From contig JARRQT010000022.1 of the NCBI GenBank assembly GCA_037381445.1, positions 1-21,174 on the forward strand: 21,174 bases of DNA, written 5' to 3'. The position numbers were made by a program, and so were the translations under genes. How positions within the stretch are numbered: position 1 is the stretch's first letter; each line of letters begins with the position of its first letter. The notes beneath the pieces were generated by a model. That model was not told the DNA's origin and ran no database searches. It saw only the letters and a program-made list of their open reading frames with translations. Positions 1-7,790 of the stretch are shown one piece after another. Source of the stretch: Calditrichia bacterium. Its GTDB lineage: Bacteria; Calditrichota; Calditrichia; RBG-13-44-9.

Positions 1-338
1 TATCTGCCGGAAAAAGGTGCGACCTCCGGCCGGGACCATTTCTGATTGGTCCGCTGCACCTGCATGATAGAAGGATGGGCGGCGCCCCTGAGTGTATAAA
101 AAAATTCATTCCCGTCCGGTGAATAGGCGGCGTCCCGTTCCGTGAATTGGGTTGAAATAATTCCCGGCGCAAATATTTCGGGGGTGGTGCCCGGCGCAGG
201 CTGCCCCAGGTAATCGCCGCTGAGTTCTGTGGTTTGGGACCTATTGCCTGCCTTGTTATCCATGGAACAGGCTAAAAAAAGCAAAGCAATAAATATCATC
301 AGCGAAAAAAGTATACGATAAGCATTATTCAGGTTCAT
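1..338 (-). CDS. Lipoprotein with TolB-like/PD40 (WD40-like) beta-propeller repeats; partial, runs off the left edge
   Basis: Not in the ORF track. Manual translation from the ATG at 338 (GGAG RBS upstream) gives MNLNNAYRILFSLMIFIALLFLAC-SMDNK...GDYLGQPAPGTTPEIFAPGIIST...AYSPDGNEFFYT...WSRPEVAPFSGR, open to the window edge. It has a lipobox-like FLAC, the YLGQxxPGxxPEIFAPGIIST N-terminus typical of this family, and an SPDG repeat. Confidence 0.8.
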   Translation of the reverse strand, partial: MNLNNAYRILFSLMIFIALLFLACSMDNKAGNRSQTTELSGDYLGQPAPGTTPEIFAPGIISTQFTERDAAYSPDGNEFFYTLRGAAHPSIMQVQRTNQKWSRPEVAPFSGR

Positions 339-391
339 AAATTTCTCCACATGTTAAAGGGTTGGAAAAGAATCTTTTGATATGTCTGTAC

Positions 392-1669
392 CTATAATTT
401 AATCTTCAATATTTTGACCGGATTTAATTTTTCCGCAGGAAAAATATGTCCGTCCCGGTCAAAGCTCCGCAACTGGCTGTTGGCGATCAGGTAAAAATAT
501 CCATTCGCGATCGCGCCGGTGGTGGGAATGTCAAATTCCGGGTTCTGGGATTCAAGGATCTGAAATTCTTCAACCCTGTCCATCCCGGGATTAAGGAAAA
601 ACCGGGCGATCCTTTTATAATTGGTATTCTGAACGGCGATCAGGCTGTTTTTGTAAAAATACAGTCCGTCGCCGGAGAGTATCAGATCTTTCGGGTGATC
701 CAGCGCTCTCACTTTCCGGGAATCGATATCGATGGCCAGAATGCCGTTAACCGCCACAAACAACTTTTTTCCATCGTCAGAGACAGCAATCCCATTGGGA
801 TATCTGTATTGTCCCAAATCCACGAATTTCTCAATGGTATCTTTATGGGCGGATATTTTGTAGACTGCCGGCTGATTGCTGTCAGTGACATAGACATCAC
901 CCTCAGCGGTAAAGGCGAGGTCGTTCAGGAAATGCCATTCCTGCTGAGGAAGCATATACTTTTTTAGCAGTTTTCCCGTGGACAAATCGAATTTGAATAC
1001 GCCGGAGATCCCCAGCAGGTTTTCCGGTATATTATCGTTGCGGGTGCCGTAGCTGCTAACCGCCCAGAGTAGGCGGCGACGGGGGTCTACTTTCATCCCG
1101 ATAACAGGGACTAGTCCGTCCTGCTTTTCCGCGGTGAAATCGCTGACCTTCCCATCCGCATTAATTCTGATAATTTTAGCTTTGTAAATGCTTCCCATGT
1201 AAAAACAGTTTTCGACCGGATCATAGGTAATGCCCTCCGGAATCAGATCTTTTTCCGGGATTATGAAGGCCATCTCGCTATTGATGAGCGGTTTTTTTAA
1301 TTTTTGAATTTTCGACATGACCCCGCCGAATTCGGGCATTTTTCTGATAACCTCAAGATCAGCATCAGTTTCCGCATTAATAGCGATTTCAATTCCTTTA
1401 TCGAGCAGGCCATTTAGAATTTGCAGGGATTCACCTGCATGCCCGGTGAGAGCATAGGCGCAGGCCAAATTGTACTGCAGCGTAAAGTTGTCCGGGGCAA
1501 ATTTCAGGGCTTGCAAGGTATGATTTAGAAATTCGTTGTAATCCTCGGACTGATAAGCCCGGGTGCTTAGCTGGTAATGGAAATTCAGGCTGTCAGCATT
1601 CTGGGCCGGGGAAAAGGAAACATAAATTAGTAAAATGATGGAACAGAAAATAAGCTTTTTGTGCGGCAT
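392..1669 (-). CDS. Secreted protein with N-terminal TPR segment and SMP-30/gluconolactonase/LRE-like beta-propeller
   Basis: Signal peptide (MPHKKLIFCSIILLIYVSFSPA). TPR-like YNLACAYALTG...DADLEVIR. Propeller motifs PEGITYD, FLNDLAF..GDVYVTDS, YPNGIAVSDDG, GDGL, PTTG. GGGAG RBS. Confidence 0.8.
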   Translation of the reverse strand: MPHKKLIFCSIILLIYVSFSPAQNADSLNFHYQLSTRAYQSEDYNEFLNHTLQALKFAPDNFTLQYNLACAYALTGHAGESLQILNGLLDKGIEIAINAETDADLEVIRKMPEFGGVMSKIQKLKKPLINSEMAFIIPEKDLIPEGITYDPVENCFYMGSIYKAKIIRINADGKVSDFTAEKQDGLVPVIGMKVDPRRRLLWAVSSYGTRNDNIPENLLGISGVFKFDLSTGKLLKKYMLPQQEWHFLNDLAFTAEGDVYVTDSNQPAVYKISAHKDTIEKFVDLGQYRYPNGIAVSDDGKKLFVAVNGILAIDIDSRKVRALDHPKDLILSGDGLYFYKNSLIAVQNTNYKRIARFFLNPGMDRVEEFQILESQNPEFDIPTTGAIANGYFYLIANSQLRSFDRDGHIFPAEKLNPVKILKIKL

Positions 1670-1929
1670 GGTTTACTCCCGGTTTGTTTTATTTTCCTGA
1701 AGAATCTGTGAATATAAAGGGCATATTATATTTTAGTCAGAAAGCAATCAAATAATTCATGTTTCTGGAGGAACGTCAGGCCTCTCGTTTTCCTCCTGAA
1801 AACGATTCCACCAGGTGGGATTGACGTAAAATGATTCACAAAGTTTCATTCATTATAAATTAGGTCAGCAATGATGCATCCAAATAACAAGAAGAGAATA
1901 TTGTTTGTTTCTGGTGATGTACAGGAGTG

Positions 1930-2268
1930 TTAAATCCGGAGCAGGATTTTTATCCGTTCCTCCAGTTCTTTGCGGGAAACCAGGCCGATGAGGTGATCCA
2001 TAAGCCGACCGTCCCTGAAAAAAAGAATAAAAGGGAGCTGATCAACTCCGAACTCGCTTGCGGTTTGTTCATTACTGTCGATATCCAGCCAGCCAAAGCG
2101 GATTTGACTTTTGTAGTTATCCGCCAGCTCCTCCAACACGGGGGCCAGTATGTGGCAGCTTCCGCTCCAATTCGCCCTAATTTCCACCAAAATGGGTGAG
2201 CTGTTTTCAATGACCTCCGCTTGGAAGTTCTGATCGGTCAAAATGATATGATGATGATTGCCATTCAT
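1930..2268 (-). CDS. Thioredoxin-like protein with atypical SxxC active site (WSGSC)
   Basis: Thioredoxin pattern LTDQNFQAEVI..PILVEI.A.WSGSCHILAPVLEELA....LDID....A.EFGV..LP..LFFRDG. The ATG at 2268 has a GAGGTG RBS and is preferred over the ORF-track start at 2310. Confidence 0.85.
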   Translation of the reverse strand: MNGNHHHIILTDQNFQAEVIENSSPILVEIRANWSGSCHILAPVLEELADNYKSQIRFGWLDIDSNEQTASEFGVDQLPFILFFRDGRLMDHLIGLVSRKELEERIKILLRI

Positions 2269-2344
2269 CTCTTTATCACCTCGGGCAAGTTCCACCATTA
2301 GTTTAGCCATTCAGCGGGAATTTCGCAAATCTGTCTGTTGCAGG

Positions 2345-2383
2345 AAAAATCCCCGCCCTTTTCTGCATAAAAGGAGCGGGGAT
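2345..2383 (-). terminator. Intrinsic terminator-like hairpin after the HEAT-like gene
   Basis: On the + strand ATCCCCGC-CCTTTT / AAAAGG-A-GCGGGGAT forms an inverted repeat (2349-2383). A short T run follows it on the minus strand. Confidence 0.6.
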
Positions 2384-2411
2384 ACGCAAGCCGTTGGATA
2401 ATTCTTCCATT

Positions 2412-2864
2412 TTATTTAATCCCTGTAATAAGTGACGGTACCGGTTTTTCGGCCGGCGTTACTTTCTGGGAGTAATAATAGGCATTCACCATGCAGCAGC
2501 AGTGTTTCCGGATGGTCTCGTCCTTCTCGAATTTCAGGTTACGTTTGAGGAAATCCATTGCCCATCCGTGCTGCATTTTGTAAATGGTAACCATGGCCAG
2601 CCGGCGCACCTGCGGATTTTTGTGGTTGCGGAAGATACGCACGATATCAAATATGGCGCCATCCACATTGAGATTGTCCGAGTAACGGATAATCATTTGC
2701 ATGGCAGATTGCTGGAGCCCTTCGTTGGGCGTAGCCAGCGCCATCACCAGATTCTTGCTGAATGCATCCCAGTTTACTTTTCTTTCCTGCGCCTGGTCAT
2801 TACTCCAGGCCAGCAGGAAAAATCCCAGGATTAAGACCGGGATAAGCTTCATGGAAGGCTTCAT
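2412..2864 (-). CDS. Secreted hypothetical protein, HEAT-repeat-like, with a C-terminal CCC motif
   Basis: Signal peptide MKPSMKLIPVLILGFFLLAWS. Helical repeats resembling HEAT (NEGLQQSAMQMI; NPQVRRLAMVTIYKM; DETIRKHC). AGGAGG RBS. Confidence 0.65.
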   Translation of the reverse strand: MKPSMKLIPVLILGFFLLAWSNDQAQERKVNWDAFSKNLVMALATPNEGLQQSAMQMIIRYSDNLNVDGAIFDIVRIFRNHKNPQVRRLAMVTIYKMQHGWAMDFLKRNLKFEKDETIRKHCCCMVNAYYYSQKVTPAEKPVPSLITGIK

Positions 2865-2922
2865 AACAGACCTCCTATTGAGTTAAATTATTTGTTAATA
2901 CAACCTCTCAGCTTAATCTGAC

Positions 2923-2937
2923 TCAAATCAGATGCCA
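2923..2937 (-). promoter_or_regulatory. Putative sigma-54 (-24/-12) promoter for the HEAT-like gene
   Basis: The minus strand reads TGGCATCTGATTTGA. This is the TGGCA -24 element with the correct GG-N10 spacing to a TTGA variant of the TTGC -12 element. It lies about 60 bp upstream of the start codon, next to a sigma-54 activator gene. Confidence 0.55.
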
Positions 2938-3038
2938 GAAAAGGCTGGTCCGCGGAGTCTGTTTTTAACCATCTGAAATTATTAAGATTAGTGAAGGAAA
3001 GGGAATGGGTTTTATGGAATTGAGGCAGCCTTATTTTA

Positions 3039-3068
3039 CTGAAATTTCGGAAGATTCTGAAATGTCAG
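3039..3068. promoter_or_regulatory. Putative tandem enhancer (UAS) boxes for the sigma-54 activator
   Basis: Two imperfect 12-bp palindromes, CTGAAATTTCGG (3039-3050) and CTGAAATGTCAG (3057-3068), lie about 100-130 bp upstream of the -24 element. Confidence 0.45.
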
Positions 3069-4528
3069 GAATTTTTCGTTTTCTTCTTGTCGATATCCAG
3101 CTTTTTCATCCGCGATTCAAGGGTTTTGGGATTAATACCCAGAATTTTTGCTGCACCCTGGTTGCCGCTGACCCGCCCGCCGGTCATTTCCAGCACCAAC
3201 AAAATGTGGTTTTTCTCCAGCTCGTCCAATGTGGGAATAAAGGAAGTCGAAACTCTGCCGCTGTTCTTTATCATCCAGTCTCCCAGAACAAGCTGTTTGC
3301 CATTGCTGATGATAACGGCGCGTTCAATCACATTCTCCAGTTCACGGACATTGCCGGGCCAGTGATAGTGATGCAGCGAATGAAGGGCGCTCTGTGAGAT
3401 TCCTTGTATTTCTTTGCCGATTCTTTTGCTGTGCTTCTGAACGAAGTGTTTAACCAGCAGGGGAATATCGTCCATTCGTTCCCTGAGGGGAGGAATGCGG
3501 ATCGGAAAGACGTTGAGCCGGTAGAACAGATCGCGGCGGAAAGTGCCGGCCTCAATAGCTTCTTCCAGATTGCGGTTGGTGGCGGCAATTACCCGCGCAT
3601 CCACTTTGATGGTTTTCACATTGCCCAGGCGTTCAAATTCGCCTTCCTGGAGTACCCGAAGGAGTTTTGCCTGCAATTCCAGCGGAAGGTCGCCGATCTC
3701 ATCCAGAAAAATAGTTCCGTTATGCGCCAGTTCGAAGCGCCCGATTTTCCGTAAAATGGCGCCTGTGAAAGCACCCTTCTCATGCCCGAACAATTCGCTT
3801 TCGATCAGATTGGCGGGCAGGGCGGAACAGTTGACCTTCACCAGCGGATGGTCGTTCCTCTGGCTGATGCGGTGGATGGCCCTGGCCAGGAGCTCTTTTC
3901 CGGTTCCGGATTCCCCCAGAATGAGCACCGTGGCATTGGTGGAGGCGACCTTTTCCACATTCCTGAGCACCTTTATCAGCGATTGGTTTTGGGTGATGAT
4001 CGTCTCGAAATTGTGCTGAATTTTGATTTCCTCCTGCAAACACAGGTTCTCTGCCTGCAACTGATTTTTGAGCCGCTCTATTTCCGAAAGGGCATTTTTC
4101 AGTGCTTCAGCCAGTTGTGATTTTTCATCTGCATGGTTCTCCGATGCTCTCCTGTTCCCGGCAATTTTTCCTGTCTTTTTCCGGTACCAGCCCAAAGCCC
4201 CGGTCAGCAACGCGCAGAGAAAGAAAATCTGCGACCACCTGTATTGCCGAGAAGTGAAAAGTGCAGCCCTTTGCCGGGGAATAATCGAATATTGGGTGAT
4301 TTCACAACCGGGTGCCTCCCGGTCAGAAATCATACAATATTCAGATTTATAAAATACAGTTCCTGGTGATGGTCCGGTTAGAATTTGATTATCCCGATAA
4401 ACCAGGTGTGCCGAATTCTTTCGTGTCTCGTGACTGGGATTTGAAAGTCCGGCATCGGATGAGATGATTTGAATTGAGGTGGCAGGGGGCAGAAAAAGGT
4501 ATAGAATAAAAAAAGCGAACAGGCGCAT
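3065..4528 (-). CDS. Sigma-54-dependent transcriptional activator (bEBP, FhlA/NtrC-type AAA+ and Fis HTH) with N-terminal membrane anchor
   Basis: Walker [24 protein letters not shown], Walker [28 protein letters not shown], and [22 protein letters not shown]. The N-terminus has a hydrophobic leader and a TM helix ([21 protein letters not shown]), with no receiver, GAF or PAS domain. The start is 4528 (AAGGA RBS) or 4591 (GAGG RBS). Confidence 0.92.
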   Translation of the reverse strand: MRLFAFFILYLFLPPATSIQIISSDAGLSNPSHETRKNSAHLVYRDNQILTGPSPGTVFYKSEYCMISDREAPGCEITQYSIIPRQRAALFTSRQYRWSQIFFLCALLTGALGWYRKKTGKIAGNRRASENHADEKSQLAEALKNALSEIERLKNQLQAENLCLQEEIKIQHNFETIITQNQSLIKVLRNVEKVASTNATVLILGESGTGKELLARAIHRISQRNDHPLVKVNCSALPANLIESELFGHEKGAFTGAILRKIGRFELAHNGTIFLDEIGDLPLELQAKLLRVLQEGEFERLGNVKTIKVDARVIAATNRNLEEAIEAGTFRRDLFYRLNVFPIRIPPLRERMDDIPLLVKHFVQKHSKRIGKEIQGISQSALHSLHHYHWPGNVRELENVIERAVIISNGKQLVLGDWMIKNSGRVSTSFIPTLDELEKNHILLVLEMTGGRVSGNQGAAKILGINPKTLESRMKKLDIDKKKTKNS

Positions 4529-5204
4529 TCTGATTCCTTTTTCACTGCAGAATGGCAATTCAAATAATGGAATTCTGTTCAATGCATTCATGTTTTCCTC
4601 TGCCGGAAAAATGAAAACTGCGGAAAATCATGAGGCGCAAACCAATTTCAATATCTATTTTATAGACCGTTATTCATTGAAAAGAATCGGACTATACTTT
4701 ATGTTTGACAGTAATCATCTATTTTCCTGACTGAAAGGCGTTGATTTTGAATAATTTAAATTCACAGGCTGATTTTCTGAAAATGAATTGTAGTTGCATG
4801 GTTCAGATGTTGTTCAGTTGTTTTATCCCAGAAAATTCGGTTGAAAATTTCTCCGTTTTCTCGCCTGCTCCCCGGGGCTTGGGATATTCTTCATATTGAA
4901 TTTCGTTATCCAGCCAAATCACGTAAATAAATAACATTCATCCCGATAAGCTGTTTTCTCTGCCAGTATCCCGAAATAACGAATATTTCCATATACGGTA
5001 TTTGTTTAGGAATGTTGTATTAAAATATCATAAAAAAGACGAATGGGGAAAAATTATGCAAAATAATTTTGGGAGGATTTCCCTCTGAATAGTGTGATCA
5101 TTTTTTCCGGGGGTTGCAGGCAAGGCTCCCCTGAGAAGTCCTTGCTTGGCTACGATGAAAACAATTCCCGGACGCTGCCAAAGCCTTAGGCAGGTCGACA
5201 AAAT

Positions 5205-6389
5205 CTAACCTTGAATCAACAGTAATTCTTTCTGCGGTTTGGAAAGGTATTCCGCGCCATTCGCGGTAATTACTATCATTTCCTCCATGGTTACCACGCC
5301 TCGTCCCGGCACCGTCAGGCGGGGCTCCAGTGTAAAAACCATTCCTTCCGTCAGAGGCCTGAAGGGGCGATCACCGTATTTTTCCCAGGCCGGGCCCAGC
5401 AGGGCGGTGCCGTCATGGGAGAAGCGACCTACCTGATGTCCCAGCGCATGGGGAAATTCTTCGTATCCATTGGCAACAATGATATCCCGGGAAATCTTGT
5501 CAATTTCCACGCCTTTAATGCCGGGCCTGACCGCCATTTTCGCCGATTCGATAGCCCGGACAATCGTGTCAAATCCCCTTTGTACATCGGGCGGCGTCGC
5601 GGATTCTCCCTGTCCGGCAATGTAAAATGTCCGCTGCATGTCCGAACAATATCCGTTCACCTTTACGCCGAAATCCATATTCAGGATGTGGCCCGGTTTC
5701 ACCACCCGCCCGGTCGGATTATAATGGGCCCCGGCGGTTTCGGGTCCGGTAAACACTGCCGGACAGACACTCTCTTCCCAGGCCAGTTCCAGGCCGGAAC
5801 TTTTCACTTCCGCCTTCATAAAGTCCGCGATTTCCTTTTCGGTTTTTCCAACTTTAATAAAGGAATGAACCTTCCCGAATATTCTTTCCGTGTTCGCAAT
5901 GGCGGATTTCATATCCTCGATCTCAGTGTCGGACTTTCTCTCCCGCAGAGCGGATACGATGGGTTCCGCGGAAATGAGCCGGTCTTCAAATTCGATTTCC
6001 GAGAGCGTTTTATGCAGGGTGAGGTACATACCATGGGTCAAGCCGTCGCAAATTTCACTTCCCACCGAATAATTGACGGCAATGGTGCGCGGATTGATTC
6101 TTTTCATCAAAGCAAGGAATGGCTGTTTGTAGCCCTCCACAAATCCCGTGACGCTGTCGTATACACCCAGATCTTCCACCGCCTTTTTATCATACTCGCC
6201 CAGAATGACATGGGCTTCTCCCGTGCCGGCAAATACAAACAGGGAATGCCAGGTGAGGTCGGCATTCACCAGAAAGGCAAGGGTGGGATCTCCGTTAATC
6301 TGGCTTTCCCGGACAAAAGTGATCCAGCAGTCGATGTTGAATTCCTTTAAAAGCGCTTTCGCCTGCGCAACTTTTTCTCCGATTAACAT
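5205..6389 (-). CDS. Xaa-Pro peptidase family protein (M24B, prolidase/aminopeptidase P-like)
   Basis: Pita-bread-fold metal ligands in LNMDFG, YCSDMQRT, HALGHQVG, FTLEP and TMEE, plus the GAHY His. GGAGG RBS, 14 bp after the transporter stop. Confidence 0.9.
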   Translation of the reverse strand: MLIGEKVAQAKALLKEFNIDCWITFVRESQINGDPTLAFLVNADLTWHSLFVFAGTGEAHVILGEYDKKAVEDLGVYDSVTGFVEGYKQPFLALMKRINPRTIAVNYSVGSEICDGLTHGMYLTLHKTLSEIEFEDRLISAEPIVSALRERKSDTEIEDMKSAIANTERIFGKVHSFIKVGKTEKEIADFMKAEVKSSGLELAWEESVCPAVFTGPETAGAHYNPTGRVVKPGHILNMDFGVKVNGYCSDMQRTFYIAGQGESATPPDVQRGFDTIVRAIESAKMAVRPGIKGVEIDKISRDIIVANGYEEFPHALGHQVGRFSHDGTALLGPAWEKYGDRPFRPLTEGMVFTLEPRLTVPGRGVVTMEEMIVITANGAEYLSKPQKELLLIQG

Positions 6390-6403
6390 GGGGCACCTCC
6401 GCT

Positions 6404-7693
6404 TTAATCATGTGCAAATCTTTTGAGTTTTTTGAGGAAAAGCAGAACCAGCACCGCCGAGAACAGCAGCAGACCGGTCAGTATTATAAAATAGGTATGA
6501 TGCTGAAACTGGCTATAGAACTTGCCCAGCAGGCCGGAACCGTAGCTTCCCACCGCGGTCGCTCCAAACCATAGACCCATCATGAGGCCCTGTACTTTGG
6601 CAGGCGCCACTTTTGAGACGAAGGACTGTCCCATGGGCGAGATGAGGATTTCGGAAAGGGTGACCACAAAATAGGTGGAAATCAGCCAGGCGGGCGACAT
6701 AATATTACGGTCCAAATCGCCGCCCGCATAAGAGGCAATAACCATTACAATCATGGAGAGGCTCATTACCATCATTCCGATGAATATTTTGGCGGGCGTG
6801 GAGGGCTCTTTGTCCTTTTTCCGCAGCTTTTCGTAGAGCATGACCAGTATCGGCGTCAGCACCAGGATGAAGAACGGATTGAAAAACTGGTAAGTTTCCG
6901 GACGGAGAATATGGGACAATATGGTTGAGCGCTCAGCGAAAAGCGTCAGGGCAAATCCATTCTGATAGAACCCGATCCAGAAGAAGATGACAATAATGAA
7001 CAGGATAATGAGGGTGGTAATCCTTTGTTTTTCTTCTTTTTTTGACATCGGATTATTGACGGCCGCGGAAACCCGGTCGGTCTCTGCTTTAGCTGATTTC
7101 CGGGTGTCGACCGCCACCAGATCCTTTTTCCCCAGCATGAAAATAAGTATGGAGAGCATCATACCCGCCGAAGCCGCCCAGAAGGAGGCGTTGTAGTCAT
7201 GAAACATATTTCCCAGCAGCGTGGCCGCCAGGGGAGCCAGAGCAGCGCCCACGTTCACACCCATATAATAGATATTAAATCCGGCATCCTTCAATTCTGC
7301 TTTGTTCTTATACAGATTCCCCACAGTTACTGCCATATTAACCTTAAAAATGCCGGTGCCGAAGGCTACCAGAATAAGTCCCGCGTAGAAGAAGGTGATG
7401 CGGTCCAGGGAGGAAACCGCCAGCGATACATAGCCGAAAACCATAAGGATGGCGCCGGCAAGTATGGTATTGATCTGTCCCAGGAGCCTGTCGCCGATCC
7501 ATCCTCCCAGAATCGGAATAAAATAAACCCCGCCCAGAAACCAGCCGTAGAAATCTCCTTTTTTGGAATCGGACCAGCCGAATTCCTTGTCCATGTAAAG
7601 CACGAAAATCGCCATCATGATATAAAAGCCGAAACGCTCCCACATTTCGGTGAAAAAAATTACCATGAGTCCTTTGGGATGTCTTTTCAGCAA
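6404..7693 (-). CDS. Proton-dependent oligopeptide transporter (POT/PTR family, MFS)
   Basis: ExxERF signature (FFTEMWERFGFY), GGWIGDRLLG loop, GTGIFKVN, PTR2 motif FNIYYMGVNVGA, and SEILISPMG. Many TM helices. TTG start with AGGAGG RBS. Confidence 0.93.
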   Translation of the reverse strand: MLKRHPKGLMVIFFTEMWERFGFYIMMAIFVLYMDKEFGWSDSKKGDFYGWFLGGVYFIPILGGWIGDRLLGQINTILAGAILMVFGYVSLAVSSLDRITFFYAGLILVAFGTGIFKVNMAVTVGNLYKNKAELKDAGFNIYYMGVNVGAALAPLAATLLGNMFHDYNASFWAASAGMMLSILIFMLGKKDLVAVDTRKSAKAETDRVSAAVNNPMSKKEEKQRITTLIILFIIVIFFWIGFYQNGFALTLFAERSTILSHILRPETYQFFNPFFILVLTPILVMLYEKLRKKDKEPSTPAKIFIGMMVMSLSMIVMVIASYAGGDLDRNIMSPAWLISTYFVVTLSEILISPMGQSFVSKVAPAKVQGLMMGLWFGATAVGSYGSGLLGKFYSQFQHHTYFIILTGLLLFSAVLVLLFLKKLKRFAHD

Positions 7694-7790
7694 AATTCCT
7701 CCTTGGTCAGAATTACTGCCCGGAATTCAATTTCAATATTTGTTAACGAAACGACATCCTGTTTCTTAATAAAAGGCTGAGCGCCGGATG

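Noticed and set aside
2155..2169. Selenocysteine in the thioredoxin active site
   Set aside because: The codon is AGC (Ser), not an in-frame TGA.
4592..5204. Hidden gene or riboswitch in the ~600-bp AT-rich spacer
   Set aside because: There are only short ORFs without RBS or motifs. One hairpin (GCAAGG...CCTTGC, about 5120-5145) lacks a U-tail and any riboswitch consensus I recognise.
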